A DNA stretch of 64,000 nt from an uncultured Candidatus Rokubacteria bacterium (lineage in GTDB: Bacteria > Methylomirabilota > Methylomirabilia > Rokubacteriales > CSP1-6): positions 544,001-608,000 of the forward strand of contig CAWBMV010000001.1 of assembly GCA_963789955.1 (NCBI GenBank). Direction: 5' to 3'. Below are positions 19,757 through 29,387 of the stretch, in pieces. Numbering within the stretch: position 1 is the first letter of the stretch; each line of letters begins with the position of its first letter. The notes below the pieces were generated by a model. It was not told where the DNA came from. It saw only the letters and a list, made by a program, of their open reading frames with translations, and did no database searches. Both the position numbers and the translations under genes were made by a program.

Positions 19757-20668
19757 CTACTTGGGCCCTTCCTCGCCGCGCTCGCGCTGTACCCGCAGGA
19801 AGTCCTGCAGCTCCTGCATCAGCTTTTCCGAGTCGAGCTCTTCGTTCGGTAGGGTCGACGGCTCCTCGCCGGCCGTCGCGTCGTACTGCTGCTCGAGCTG
19901 CTGCACGTGCTCTCGGGTGGCTCGATCCCGGGCCACCGCGCGATCGCACTGGGTGCGAAAGTCCTTCATCGACTCGGTGAACTGGGACAGGTCCGGGCTC
20001 AGGTGAAGCAGGCGGGCCACGTAGGTCAAGAGTGCGTGGATCGCCGCCGGATTCTCGGCACTTTGCAGATAGTGGGGCGCTTGGCCCATGAATCCGAGGT
20101 GCGAGATCCCCCGCTGCTCAGCGGCATCCAGGAGGACCGTGGAAATGCCGGTCGGGCCCTCGTAGGTCGGACGACGATAAATGCCCCAGGCTTCGAGCAC
20201 GGACCGCCAGGTGGGGTCGGTGCAGCGTCCGGTCACTCGGATTGGACGCGTGTGCGGCGCGCCGGCCAGGAGCGCTCCGAGCGAGACGATTTTCCGCACC
20301 CCGCAGCGCTCGGCCAGATCGAGGAACGCGGTCGTATACGCGCGCCATCGCTGATGGGGCTCCGGACCACAAAAGAGGAGGAGGCCGTCACGGCCCTCCG
20401 CTGGAGGGCACGCGAAGAACTCGCTCCGCGGCCAGTGAATCTCGCGGCTCTCATCGGGTCGCATCTTCACGTCCGGCCGTTCCTGGGTGAACACGAAGAA
20501 TTGCTCGGGATCGATGAAAGCCAGCCGCGCGGCCGAGAGGTCGGTGACCAGGTGGCGCAGGGCGCCGGTGGCCGCCTGGCCGGCGTCGATCCAGCCCCCA
20601 AACGCCATCACCATCGTCGTCAAGTTCGTTGGCGGCTCGCGGTCGAACACGACATGATCCATCGTCAT
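19757..20668 (-). CDS. PAC2 (proteasome assembly chaperone-like) family protein
   Basis: AFGGWIDAGQAA, GPEPHQRW, LAGAPHTRP, YEGPTGI, PHY, EHVQQLEQQYD. Confidence 0.85.
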   Translation of the reverse strand: MTMDHVVFDREPPTNLTTMVMAFGGWIDAGQAATGALRHLVTDLSAARLAFIDPEQFFVFTQERPDVKMRPDESREIHWPRSEFFACPPAEGRDGLLLFCGPEPHQRWRAYTTAFLDLAERCGVRKIVSLGALLAGAPHTRPIRVTGRCTDPTWRSVLEAWGIYRRPTYEGPTGISTVLLDAAEQRGISHLGFMGQAPHYLQSAENPAAIHALLTYVARLLHLSPDLSQFTESMKDFRTQCDRAVARDRATREHVQQLEQQYDATAGEEPSTLPNEELDSEKLMQELQDFLRVQRERGEEGPK

Positions 20669-20689
20669 CCTCTCGGAGTTGCGGGGCCC

Positions 20690-21532
20690 TTAAAAGCTCG
20701 GCTTGGTCGCAAACGGTGTCAGCTGCAGCTCGTGCGTCCAGCAGGATCGGTCTTGAGTGTGAAGGTAGTAGAACGCTTCAGCAATCTTCACAGGGTTCAT
20801 CACGATCTCAGGATTCTTCTGAGCTCTCGGGAGGGCTCGGGTGCCCGGCGAGTCGATGAGGCCGTCGATCACGACATTGGCCACGTGGACGCCGTGCTCA
20901 GAATATTCTTCCGTGAGCACCTGCGCGAGGGTGCGCATCATGACCCGCGGATAGTACAGCGACTGTCCGGTCAGGCGCTTGCGACCACGCAGCGAGAACT
21001 GGTTGTTCGAGATGAGGAAGGAGCCGGCGCCACGCTGACGCATGGCGGGGAGCACTTCCTGTGCGACCAGGAAGGGCCCGCGACTGGCGATGTGCTGGGC
21101 GGTCTCGAATATCTCGACGGGGACGTGTTCCAGCAGCTCTTTGTCCGGCGGCAAGTCACGCCCCTCGAGATAGCCGGCGTTGTAGACCAGGACGTCCGGG
21201 TCGCCGACTTGCTGGCGAATCGTGGCGAACGCTCGCGAGATCGATTCGAGCGACACCAGATCGAGCTCGACGATCGTCGCGCGGCCGCCTTGCTCGATGA
21301 TTGCCTTCTCCAGCGCCGAGGCGTTGGCGGCGTGACGGGTCGTCAGCACGACGACAAACCCTTCCTTGGCAAACTTCTGGGCGATGGCTCCGCCGACCCC
21401 CCAGCGCATGCCGACGGGGATCTCGCTGTCGTCGAGTACCTTACCGTGGGCCAGCTTGGTGTTGCGTCCATCGGACTGCCACTTGGAAGTGGCCCCGACC
21501 ACGACGGCGACCTGCTGACGGGCGGAGCTCAT
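20690..21532 (-). CDS. Short-chain dehydrogenase/reductase
   Basis: GVGGAIAQKFA, LVYNAG, GVHVANVVIDGLID, RSCWTHEL. Confidence 0.85.
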   Translation of the reverse strand: MSSARQQVAVVVGATSKWQSDGRNTKLAHGKVLDDSEIPVGMRWGVGGAIAQKFAKEGFVVVLTTRHAANASALEKAIIEQGGRATIVELDLVSLESISRAFATIRQQVGDPDVLVYNAGYLEGRDLPPDKELLEHVPVEIFETAQHIASRGPFLVAQEVLPAMRQRGAGSFLISNNQFSLRGRKRLTGQSLYYPRVMMRTLAQVLTEEYSEHGVHVANVVIDGLIDSPGTRALPRAQKNPEIVMNPVKIAEAFYYLHTQDRSCWTHELQLTPFATKPSF

Positions 21533-21678
21533 GCGGGATTCCTCGCTCGTTGGTGTTGGCCGGCTCGCGCTTGCTCGTAGACGGGCTAAGCATAGGGAAA
21601 AGAAGCGCCCTTCACAACCTCGGCCGAAGGGCTCGAGTGGACTTCGCGGCGGGGAAAGGAGAGAATTCGGGGGACGCG

Positions 21679-21981
21679 ATGAATCCGGTCAAAAGTATCG
21701 CCATGCTGCTCGCCGGTGCCTTCTTCGTGGCGCCGGCCTGCGCCCAGGAGCCGCCCCAGCCCAACCTCCTCCTCCAGATGACCCCGCCGGCATCGTCGGT
21801 TTCCATCGACTCGACCAGGCGGGGAGATGACATTCAGGACCGACCGGTCCCACCCCGTTCTGACCCAGCTCGAGAGCCGTTTCGGTTGTACGTCGGTGTG
21901 GGCGATCCGCGATGCTTCCCCGGCGAAGACGGGCTCGGCATGGAGCGGTTCGGCACCGGAACTCGCAGACGACCCCGCTGA
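21679..21981 (+). CDS. Small secreted hypothetical protein
   Basis: Signal peptide MNPVKSIAMLLAGAFFVAPACA; RBS GGGGG. Confidence 0.55.
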   Translation: MNPVKSIAMLLAGAFFVAPACAQEPPQPNLLLQMTPPASSVSIDSTRRGDDIQDRPVPPRSDPAREPFRLYVGVGDPRCFPGEDGLGMERFGTGTRRRPR

Positions 21982-22682
21982 CGGTTCGCGCGCTCACCTT
22001 CGATACCTACGGCACGGTCGTCGACTGGCGGACGAGCGTTCTCGCCGAGCTCCGGTCGTTCGCCGAGCGAAAGGCGCCCACGCTCGACTGCGTCAGGTTT
22101 CTCGACGAGTGGAAGGCCGCGTACCGTCCGAGCATGGACAGGGTCAATCGCGGAGAGATCCCGTGGACCACCGTCGACGCGATCTATCGGACGCGATTGG
22201 AGGAGCTTCTCGTCTCGCACGGCATCAGCCGTCTCACGACCGACGAGATCGAGGAGCTCGCGCGCGTCTGGTGGCGGCTGCGGCCGTGGCCCGACTCGGT
22301 CGCGGGTATCCAGCGTCTGAAGCGTCGATACATCGTCACGCCGCTCTCCAACGCGAGCTTCATCGGGATGGTCGAGCTCGCGCGATTCGCCGAGCTCCCG
22401 TGGGACTGCATCATCACCGCCGAGAACGCTCGCTGCTACAAGCCGCGGCCGGAGGCGTATCGCACGGCGGTCTCCCTGCTCGGTCTCAGGCCTGAAGAGG
22501 TCATGATGGTGGCCGCTCACAACTACGACCTCGCGGCGGCGCGCGCCGAGGGGATGGCGACGGCCTTCGTCCCGCGCCCGCTCGAATACGGCCCGGGGCA
22601 ACGGACCGACCTCGAGGCGGAGTCGGACTGGGACGTCGTCGCCGAAGACCTCGAGGATCTCGCGGCCCGCCTTCAGTGCTAG
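21912..22682 (+). CDS. Haloacid dehalogenase type II-like HAD hydrolase (start uncertain, maybe near 21978)
   Basis: LTFDTYGTVVDW, PWPDSV, LSNAS, YKP.PEAY, MVAAHNYDL. Confidence 0.9.
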   Translation: MLPRRRRARHGAVRHRNSQTTPLTVRALTFDTYGTVVDWRTSVLAELRSFAERKAPTLDCVRFLDEWKAAYRPSMDRVNRGEIPWTTVDAIYRTRLEELLVSHGISRLTTDEIEELARVWWRLRPWPDSVAGIQRLKRRYIVTPLSNASFIGMVELARFAELPWDCIITAENARCYKPRPEAYRTAVSLLGLRPEEVMMVAAHNYDLAAARAEGMATAFVPRPLEYGPGQRTDLEAESDWDVVAEDLEDLAARLQC

Positions 22683-23888
22683 TGAACTTTCGTCTCCGGA
22701 ACGTCCTTCTTCTCACCCTGACCCAGGCGACGTCCTCGACCTCGGTGACGCTCATCGCCGCCGTGGGCAGCCTCGCCGGCTACGCCCTGGCCAGCAACAA
22801 GGCGCTGGCGACATTGCCCTCGACGATGGCGGTGATCGGCACCGCGCTCAGCACGATTCCCGCCTCGCTGCTCATGAAGCGCGTGGGCCGCCGTGTCGGA
22901 TTCGTCGTGGGCGCCCTGTGCGCGATGGCCGGTGGTCTGATCAGCGTGGCGGCGATGGCTCGCGGCCAGTTCTGGCTCCTCGTCGCGGCGGCGTTGTTTC
23001 TCGGAGTCTCCGTGGCGTTCGCCCAGCAGTACCGGTTCGCGGCGGCCGAGACGTCGCTCCCGGAGTTCCGCAGCCGCGCCATCTCGTTCGTGCTCGCGGG
23101 CGGCCTGGCCGCCGCGTTCATCGGACCGATGCTCGCTCGCGCGACGGTGCAGCTCTTCGAGACGACGTACCTGGGCTCGTATCTCTGCGTGCCGGTGCTC
23201 GGCTTGCTCACCGCCGCGTGGCTCGCCGGTCTCCGCATGCCGCCTCCGTCGGACGAGGCGGCCCTGCGTCGGCGGCCCGGCGCGCCCGATCGCGGAAATC
23301 GTGCGCCAGCCGATCTTCATCGTGGCCGTCCTCGCCCAGATGATGGGGCAGGGGGTGATGAACCTTCTGATGACCGGGACGCCGCTGGCCATGATGGCCC
23401 ACCACCACACGTTCGCGGACACGGCGTTCGTCATCCAGTGGCACGTGGTCGGGATGTTCCTGCCCGGCTTCTTCACCGGCACGCTCGTCCAGCGCTGGGG
23501 TGAGCGAACCGTCATCCTGCTCGGCATCGCGCTCAACGTGCTCGCCGTGGCGGCGGCGTGGCTCGACGTGGGCGTGCACAACTTCTTCCTGGCCATGACC
23601 CTCAACGGGATCGGCTGGAACTTCATGTTCGTGGCCGGCTCGACGCTGGTGACGAAAGCCTACGCGCCGGCCGAGCGCTCGCGCACGCAGGCCGCCAACG
23701 ATTTCCTGGTGTTCGGGACGGCGGCCGTGACCTCGCTGTCGTCCGGGCAGCTCCTCCACCACCGGGGATGGCAGGTCGTGCTGACGACGGCGGCGGTCAT
23801 GCTGCTCGCGGCGCTCGCCGGATCACTCTGGCGCGTTTCGCGCGCGGCAAGCCCGACGGGACGCTCGGGTCTGGCGGCGGCCGACTGA
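22682..23888 (+). CDS. MFS transporter (frameshift near 23280)
   Basis: LMKRVGRRVGF, QQYRFAAAE, IQWHVVGMFLPGFFTG, GWNFMFV, QAANDF. Confidence 0.85.
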
Positions 23889-23892
23889 CGGT

Positions 23893-25167
23893 CTAGCCGT
23901 TCGAGCGGCGCCTGAGCTTCAGGAGCGCGCGCTCCGCGGCGACGACCGCGAAGAAGACCTCGACCAGAGCCCGCGTGGCGATCGACGGGCGCCAGTTCCC
24001 CGCCAGCACGGATACGACGGCGTCGAAGATGCTGCGCAGCGGCGGGCGCGAGTACCAGAGCTTGCGGAAGGCGGGCTCGTAGAAGCCGACGGCGAAGCGC
24101 CGGAAGTGGTGGTAGCGCGCGCGCACGGCCCGCTCGTAGCGGGCGAAGATCCGCGCGGACACATCGCCGGCGCGCAGGCCGTTGTCGATGGCCTCGGCCA
24201 CCTCGAGGCCTCCCTGCATGGCCAGCATCACGCCGGTCGAGAAGACGGGATCCAGGAACGCCGCCGCATCGCCGACCGCGACCCAGCGGTCGCCCGCCAT
24301 CCTGGTGGCCAGATAGGAGTAGTCGGCGTCGAACCGCGCGGGCGAGACCCGTTGCGCCTTCTCGAGCAGCGGCAGCGCGGTGGGCGTGCCGGCGAGATAG
24401 TGAGCCAGGCTCTCCTCGGGCGTCGCCTTCGACTCGCGGCGGTGGACGACCTGCGGGATGACCGCGCCGACGCTGATGACGGTCTCGGAGAGCGGAATGA
24501 ACCACAGCCAGCCCATGTCCGGCCGCGTGAACATGCGGATGTCTCCGGCGCGGCGACCCGACGCGCGCGGAATGCCCTCGTACTGCGCGTGGACCGCGAT
24601 GTTCAACAAGAGCGGATCGGGCTCGTGACGGCCGAAGCGCTTGGCCAGCACGCCGGCCCGTCCCGAGGCGTCGATCACGACACCGACTCGCATGGTCCCG
24701 GCGCCGCCGTGCTTGTCCGAGAAGCTGAGCGTGACGCCGTCCTTGTCGAACGCCGCGTCGACCAGCCGATGCTCTTTGAGCACCCGGGCGCCGGACTTCT
24801 CGGAATGGCGCAGCAGGATCTCGTCGAATTTTTCGCGCAGCACCTGAAACGTCTGGGGCGTGGGCGTCTCGCGCGCGAACTGGAAGTCGGCGTATCGCTC
24901 GTCGGGCCCATCGGGGCCGCGAAAGCTGGCACCCCACTTCTCGACGAACCCGGACGCCGCGATCGTGTCGCGTACGCCGAGCGTGCGAAGAATCTCGTTG
25001 GTCCACGGAAGCTGCGATTCGCCGATGTGGAAGCGCGGAAATCGTTCGCGCTCCAGCACCACGACACTCCGGCCGCGCTGGGCCAGCGCCGTGGCGGCCG
25101 TGGAGCCGCCCGGCCCGCCGCCGATGACCGCCACGTCGTAGTCCCACCGGGTCCCCGCGTCGGTCAT
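23893..25167 (-). CDS. FAD-dependent oxidoreductase, flavin-dependent halogenase-like
   Basis: GGGPGG, FPRFHIGES, VEKWGA, WLWFIP, GDAAAFLDPVFSTG. Confidence 0.85.
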   Translation of the reverse strand: MTDAGTRWDYDVAVIGGGPGGSTAATALAQRGRSVVVLERERFPRFHIGESQLPWTNEILRTLGVRDTIAASGFVEKWGASFRGPDGPDERYADFQFARETPTPQTFQVLREKFDEILLRHSEKSGARVLKEHRLVDAAFDKDGVTLSFSDKHGGAGTMRVGVVIDASGRAGVLAKRFGRHEPDPLLLNIAVHAQYEGIPRASGRRAGDIRMFTRPDMGWLWFIPLSETVISVGAVIPQVVHRRESKATPEESLAHYLAGTPTALPLLEKAQRVSPARFDADYSYLATRMAGDRWVAVGDAAAFLDPVFSTGVMLAMQGGLEVAEAIDNGLRAGDVSARIFARYERAVRARYHHFRRFAVGFYEPAFRKLWYSRPPLRSIFDAVVSVLAGNWRPSIATRALVEVFFAVVAAERALLKLRRRSNG

Positions 25168-25194
25168 GCGCTCGTCTCGTCTCCCGGCGATCGC

Positions 25195-26055
25195 CTAGAG
25201 CTTGGCCGCCGTGAACGTGTCGCACTGACCGGGATCGCCGGTCTCGATTCCGCGCTTGAACCAGCGCACGCGCTGCGCGGAGCTTCCGTGGGTGAACGAC
25301 TCGGGCACCACGCGGCCCTGAGCCTGGTGCTGCAGGCGGTCGTCGCCGATCGCGGCGGCGGCGTTCAAGCCTTCCTCGATGTCGCCCGACTCCAGGATCT
25401 GCCGGGCGCGTTGGGCGTTGTTCGCCCAGACCCCGGCGAGGCAGTCCGCCTGGAGCTCCATCTTCACCTGGAGCGCGTTCGCTTCGGTGCGGCTGCGCTT
25501 GCCCTGCGCCTCCTGGATTCGCCCGGCGATCCCGAGGAGGTTCTGCACGTGGTGGCCGACCTCGTGCGCGATGACGTACGCCTGGGCGAAGTCGCCGGGC
25601 GCACCGATCTTGTCGCGCAGGTCACGGTAGAACGACAGATCGATGTAGACCTTGCGATCGCCGGGACAGTAGAAGGGGCCGACGGCCGCTTCGGCGAAGC
25701 CGCAGGCCGACTGGATCGCCCCGCTGAACAGCACGAGATGCGGCGCCTGATATTGCCGGCCCATCTGGCGGAAGAGCTCGGCCCACGTGTCTTCGGTGTC
25801 GGCGAGGATCACCGAGACGAAATCCCGCAGCGGTTCGTCGCCGGCGGGCGCGCGCTGCTGCTGGACGCTCGGGGCGGATCGCGAGTCGCCCGGATCCACG
25901 CCCTGCAGCACCACGCTCGGGTCCACACCGAACCACAGCGCCAGGAGGACGAGCACGACGGTGCCGATGCCGCCTCCGACGACGGCCCCACGGCCGACCG
26001 GCATGCCGCGCCGGTCTTCGATGTTGTCACTGCGCCTGCCCATCTGCCATCGCAT
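25195..26055 (-). CDS. ypfJ: Neutral zinc metallopeptidase (YpfJ family)
   Basis: RRSDNIEDRRG, GPFYCPGD, HEVGHHVQ, ELQADCLAG, SFTHGSSAQR. Confidence 0.9.
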   Translation of the reverse strand: MRWQMGRRSDNIEDRRGMPVGRGAVVGGGIGTVVLVLLALWFGVDPSVVLQGVDPGDSRSAPSVQQQRAPAGDEPLRDFVSVILADTEDTWAELFRQMGRQYQAPHLVLFSGAIQSACGFAEAAVGPFYCPGDRKVYIDLSFYRDLRDKIGAPGDFAQAYVIAHEVGHHVQNLLGIAGRIQEAQGKRSRTEANALQVKMELQADCLAGVWANNAQRARQILESGDIEEGLNAAAAIGDDRLQHQAQGRVVPESFTHGSSAQRVRWFKRGIETGDPGQCDTFTAAKL

Positions 26056-26286
26056 CACTGGCCTCCCGCATCTCCGCCCAACCGGCCCGGCGGGTCGCGG
26101 TCGTTGCTCGGCGTTGCGCGCGCGTCGTGCAGCAAAGTGTACGGGCGATCTCCATGTGGCCGCAAGGCCGCGCTGCCCATCACGAACGGTGGTCTGGCAA
26201 CGCCGAACCGTTTGTGCCACCATCGCTCCGGCCGCGGAAGCGTGCCCGCGATACGTTCACCCGGACCGCTCAAGGAGGAGCCACCG

Positions 26287-26699
26287 ATGACGTCCCGTGA
26301 TCGCCGTGCCGCCGTTCGTCCGCCTCGCGTGATCGATCGCGTCGTCGTCGGCGACGCGCCCGAGGGCTTCGCCATCAGCCCGAAGGGCGACGTGGCGGTG
26401 GCCCTGCTGCTCGGCGGCGCCATCGTGCCCAAGAGCATGTGGTTCAACTCGAAGCGCAACGACGGCACCTGGCCGTGCTCAAGATCGACGGCAAGAAGGT
26501 CACGAAGGTAGGCGAGGTCGAGGTGGGCGGGCTGCCGGAGGGCCTGGTCTTCAGCCTCGACGGCAAGTATCTCTACGTCGACAACTACACGGACCGCGAC
26601 GTGTCGATCCTCAAGGTCGACGGGGCGAAGATCACGGATACCGGCAAGAAGCTGAAGCTTCCCGGTCAGCCGGCGTCGATGCGGGGAAGGGCGCAGTAG
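26287..26699 (+). pseudogene. YncE-like beta-propeller, internally deleted and frameshifted
   Basis: RBS AGGAGG plus ATG, then only the last blades (VGDAPEGFAISPKG, VGGLPEGLVFSLDGKYLYV). Confidence 0.6.
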
Positions 26700-26727
26700 C
26701 GCGAGCTTCACGCGCGGTCGCCGCGCG

Positions 26728-27711
26728 ATGAGATTCGGCGTCTACCTTCCGACGTTCGCCTGGCGAGACCTGCGCTTCGACCAGGCGGCGCGCGTGAAGG
26801 AATTCGCGCGCAAGGCCGAGGCGCTCGGCTTCGACGCGCTCTGGGTCGCCGAGCACTTCCTGGAGGCGCCCGGTCTCTACGGCACGGTCTGGATGTCGCC
26901 GCTGCTGTGCCTGGCGCACGCCGCGAGCGTCACGACGCGGATCCGGCTGGCGACCGGGCTGCTCATCGCTCCCTACTATCATCCGGTCCCGCTGGCCCGC
27001 GAGATCCAGACGCTCTGGCACCTGTCGGGCGGGCGCTTCGTGCTGGGCGTCGGACCGGGCTGGGACCAGCACGAGTTCGAGACGCTCGGCATGAAGCTCT
27101 CCGAGCGCGGCCGGCGCACCGACGAGATCATCGCGGCGCTCCGCCGTCTCCTGACCGAGCGCGACGTGAGCTTCGACGGCCGCTACTATCGCTTTCAGCA
27201 CGTGACGATCGAGCCGCTGCTGCCGCGCTTTCCCGAGCTCTGGGTCGGCGGTGGGTCCAAGATCCAGACCGCGCTCTCACCCGACAAGCCGTACATCGTT
27301 CCGGCGGTGCTCTCGCGAATCGCCGCCGCCGACGGCTGGCTGGCGCGCGCCGCCGGCAGCCAGCAAATGGTCAAGGACGACGTGCGCGCGATTCGCGAGC
27401 ACTGCGTCAAGGCCGGACGCGATCCGAGCTCACTCCGCTACGGCCACCTGAACTTTCTCCATCTGGTCGACACGACCGACCGTGAGCAGGCGCTGCGGCT
27501 CCAGCGCCCGGTCTTCGAGCGCGTGATGGGCACCCACCGGACGTTCGAGAACCTTCAGCAGTCGTACTTCCTCGGGACGACGCGCGAGATCGTCGAGCGC
27601 ATTCGCGATCTCGAGGCCGCCGGCGTTCAGGACATCATCCTGGCGACATGCGACTACGACCTGGATCAGCTCGAGCGCCTGGCGAGCGACGTGGTCGCCC
27701 GGTTCGTCTAG
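26728..27711 (+). CDS. LLM-class flavin-dependent oxidoreductase
   Basis: MRFGVYLP, AEALGFDALWVAEH, TTRIRLATG, SGGRFVLGVGPGW. Confidence 0.9.
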   Translation: MRFGVYLPTFAWRDLRFDQAARVKEFARKAEALGFDALWVAEHFLEAPGLYGTVWMSPLLCLAHAASVTTRIRLATGLLIAPYYHPVPLAREIQTLWHLSGGRFVLGVGPGWDQHEFETLGMKLSERGRRTDEIIAALRRLLTERDVSFDGRYYRFQHVTIEPLLPRFPELWVGGGSKIQTALSPDKPYIVPAVLSRIAAADGWLARAAGSQQMVKDDVRAIREHCVKAGRDPSSLRYGHLNFLHLVDTTDREQALRLQRPVFERVMGTHRTFENLQQSYFLGTTREIVERIRDLEAAGVQDIILATCDYDLDQLERLASDVVARFV

Positions 27712-27723
27712 ACTCCCCATCGC

Positions 27724-28971
27724 GTGTCGCCCCTTCACTCGTACGTGGTCGTGTGGGTGCTGCTCATCTTCGCGTGGGCGGCGAATTTCGTCATCCGCAT
27801 CGGCTTCTCCGCGCTCCTGCCCTCGATCATCGACGAGCTGCAGCTCTCGTACACGAAGGCCGGCCTGCTCGCGTCCGCGTTCTTCTACGCCTACGTGCTC
27901 ATGCAGATCCCGGCGGGTCTCCTGGGCGATCGATTCGGCCGGCGCCGCATCTTGATCCTCGGCCTGCTCGGCGGCGCGCTCGCCGCGGGGCTCACCGGCC
28001 TGGCCGGCTCGCTGGCCACCTTGTTCCTGGCGCGGGCGCTGACGGGCGCGTTTCAAGGATCGCTCTTCTCGAACGACCGGGCCATCATCGCGACGGTCAC
28101 GCCGCCCGATCGCATCGGCCTCGGTCAGGGCGTCTCGTTCTCCGGACCGGGCCTCGGGCTCACCTTCGGGCTCGTCGTCGGTGGGCTGCTGGTGGAGATC
28201 CTTCCGTGGCGGACCGTGATGATGCTCTTCGGGCTCGGCCCGATCATCGCCGCGGTGTTGATCGCCCGGTACGTGCCGGCGCCGCCGCCGCCCTTGACCC
28301 GAGTGCCGGTCCGCCAGCGTCTGCGCAGTCTCTTCTCCAACGGATCACTCTGCGTGCTCGCGCTCGTGAGCCTTTGCGCCATCGGCGACCAGTTCATCCT
28401 GGCGACGTGGGCGCCGCTGTTCTTCGCCGAGGTCGGTGTCACCGACGTCGGCCGCGCCGGCACCTTCGCGGCGCTGCAGGGAGTCGCCGCCTCGCTGGGC
28501 ATGATCGTCAGCGGCTGGGCGCACGACCGACTCGTCGAGCGGGGCTATGCGTCGAAGAGCGTGATCGTCGCCGGGCTCGGCGGGCTCGCGGTGTCGATGC
28601 TGGCCATGGCCGGCGTCATCGTTCAGCGATCGATCCCGGGCCTGGCCGTCGTCCTGTTCGTGGCGGCGTTTTTCTGCTGGTCGATCTGGGGCGCGGTCTA
28701 CACCTTGCTGGCGCGGATGGTGCGCCCGGACGAGCTGGGCACGGCGTTCGGCTTCAGCAACAGCATCAGCTTCGTCGGAGCCATCGTCGGGCCCACCGCG
28801 ACGGGCTGGGTACGCGACCTCACCGGCTCCTTCGCCCCCGGATGCGTGCTCGCAGCGATCCTGGCCTTCGCCGGCGTGGCGCTGGCGATCGCGCTTCGCG
28901 TGCCGCCGACGGTCACACCGCCGCCGTCCCCTCGATCTCGAGCAGGAAATCCGGGTGGAACAGCCCCTTGA
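27724..28971 (+). CDS. MFS transporter
   Basis: GLLGDRFGRRR motif A; about 12 TM segments. Confidence 0.9.
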   Translation: MSPLHSYVVVWVLLIFAWAANFVIRIGFSALLPSIIDELQLSYTKAGLLASAFFYAYVLMQIPAGLLGDRFGRRRILILGLLGGALAAGLTGLAGSLATLFLARALTGAFQGSLFSNDRAIIATVTPPDRIGLGQGVSFSGPGLGLTFGLVVGGLLVEILPWRTVMMLFGLGPIIAAVLIARYVPAPPPPLTRVPVRQRLRSLFSNGSLCVLALVSLCAIGDQFILATWAPLFFAEVGVTDVGRAGTFAALQGVAASLGMIVSGWAHDRLVERGYASKSVIVAGLGGLAVSMLAMAGVIVQRSIPGLAVVLFVAAFFCWSIWGAVYTLLARMVRPDELGTAFGFSNSISFVGAIVGPTATGWVRDLTGSFAPGCVLAAILAFAGVALAIALRVPPTVTPPPSPRSRAGNPGGTAP

Positions 28972-29299
28972 CCACGATCAAGGTGCTGGCCGGCAGCTCG
29001 CCCTGAAAGACCTCGCCGCGCGCCTGCGCGACGGCGGGGAAGTCCTCGAGCTTGGTGATGTAGGTCGTGATCTTCATGAGATTCGACAGATCGCCGCCGG
29101 CCGCGCGCAACACGCCGCGCAGATTCTCGAACACCTGCTTCGCCTGCGCCCGGATGTCACCTTTGCCGACGATGTTGCCGGCCGCGTCCCACGCGACCTG
29201 TCCGGAGATGTAGAGGAGCCGGCCTCCCTCCATCCGCGTCGCCATCTTGTAGTTCGCGACCGGCTTCGCCTCGGGTGTCGCAATCGTGCTGAACGGCAT
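28913..29299 (-). CDS. Rid (YjgF/UK114) family protein
   Basis: LLYISGQVA, Q..QVFENL, PASTLIVV.GL.HPDFLLEIEG. Confidence 0.9.
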   Translation of the reverse strand: MPFSTIATPEAKPVANYKMATRMEGGRLLYISGQVAWDAAGNIVGKGDIRAQAKQVFENLRGVLRAAGGDLSNLMKITTYITKLEDFPAVAQARGEVFQGELPASTLIVVKGLFHPDFLLEIEGTAAV

Positions 29300-29387
29300 C
29301 GTCGATCCTCCTGATTCGCGCGCCTCGGCTGGCGGGGCCCCAGCCCCGCGACAGCCTGCAGCGCGCACGGCCACTGAAAATTCGCGC

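Noticed and set aside
24106..26511. 801-aa ORF and similar long ORFs (47725-50244, 57581-59896, 42796-44958, 19907-21580)
   Set aside because: Antisense shadows of real high-GC genes; Arg/Gly-rich with no motifs except where they run into a true gene.
28913..28971. 59-bp convergent overlap of MFS and Rid genes
   Set aside because: The MFS tail is low-complexity run-on, common in GC-rich genomes or caused by an indel.
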